Shown here piece after piece: positions 63,774 to 64,000 of a stretch of DNA of 64,000 nt (the first letter of the stretch is position 1; each line of letters starts with the position of its first letter). Where the stretch lies: positions 32,001 to 96,000 of the IMG/VR virus record IMGVR_UViG_3300035704_000001, one strand, 5' to 3'. A model generated the notes under the pieces. The model made no database searches. It was not told the origin of the DNA and saw only the letters and a program-made list of their open reading frames with translations. The position numbers and the translations under genes were made by a program. The DNA comes from a virus.

Positions 63774-63827
63774 CAGGGATGAAACAGCAGCGGGCTGTAA
63801 AGCCGGTTCGACTCCGGTGATCCCTGT
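63774..63827 (+). pseudogene. truncated tRNA-like element (Tyr GTA-like loop)
   Basis: CAGGGAT/ATCCCTG acceptor, CTGTAAA loop sequence, intact T arm, no D arm. Confidence 0.5.
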
Positions 63828-63831
63828 TCGA

Positions 63832-63914
63832 GCGCTCGTGGCGAAACGGCATACGCGCACGGTTCAGGTCCGTGTGCCCGCGAGGGCGTAAGGGTTCAAA
63901 TCCCTTCGAGCGCA
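63832..63914 (+). tRNA. tRNA-Leu(CAG)
   Basis: long variable arm; CACGG-tt-CAG-gt-CCGTG. Confidence 0.92.
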
Positions 63915-63975
63915 CGACATCCTGGCCGCTTCGACGGCCAGGACGCGGGCCCTGGCTCTGGCCAGGGCCCAGCAC

Positions 63976-64000
63976 GGAGGGCTGGCTCAGCGGCTACAGC
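63976..64000 (+). tRNA. 5' end of a further tRNA, cut by the window edge
   Basis: GGAGGGC-TG-GCTCAGCGG. Confidence 0.5.

Noticed and set aside
60684-63975. Short ORFs across the tRNA array
   Set aside because: They overlap tRNA genes; only 62687-63157 has coding character.
1-64000. Host chromosome or integrated prophage
   Set aside because: No integrase, att site or cellular housekeeping operons in the window; terminase, gp32-like SSB, CCA-less tRNA array and dense small ORFs indicate a large phage.

Overview
A 64-kb segment of a large, high-GC tailed phage, almost certainly infecting Actinobacteria (TTGAC/TAnnnT promoters, actinobacterial-type RecA, many leaderless starts). Nearly all real genes are on the + strand; most long minus-strand ORFs in the track are GC-rich shadows. 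Layout: (1) 1-3 kb, cassette-like early genes, each with a promoter/operator, a shared translation-start motif and a GGGCCC-closed hairpin; (2) 3.5-10 kb, secreted and structural-looking proteins including a 1012-aa Gly/Ala/Ser repeat protein; (3) 10-18 kb, small hypotheticals; (4) 18-53 kb, a near-complete replication/recombination set (SNF2-like helicase, two sigma-like factors, C5-methyltransferase, DnaB, primase Zn finger, delta'/delta/DnaX clamp loader, beta clamp, family-A polymerase, gp32-like SSB, RusA, RecA, split SbcC plus SbcD, Cas4/RecB-like nuclease) mixed with a GH25 endolysin, nucleotide-metabolism enzymes and a large radical SAM enzyme; (5) glycosyltransferase/methyltransferase/epimerase; (6) terminase large subunit; (7) a tRNA array from 60.85 kb to the window end. 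Two observations stand out. In a manual scan, every in-frame TTA codon in a credible gene sits where the protein appears to end, suggesting UUA acts as a stop or stall signal. The tRNA array also contains a circularly permuted tRNA-like RNA (T arm before D arm, closed acceptor stem) whose open anticodon loop can read UAA. Product calls rest on motif recognition by eye, not database searches.
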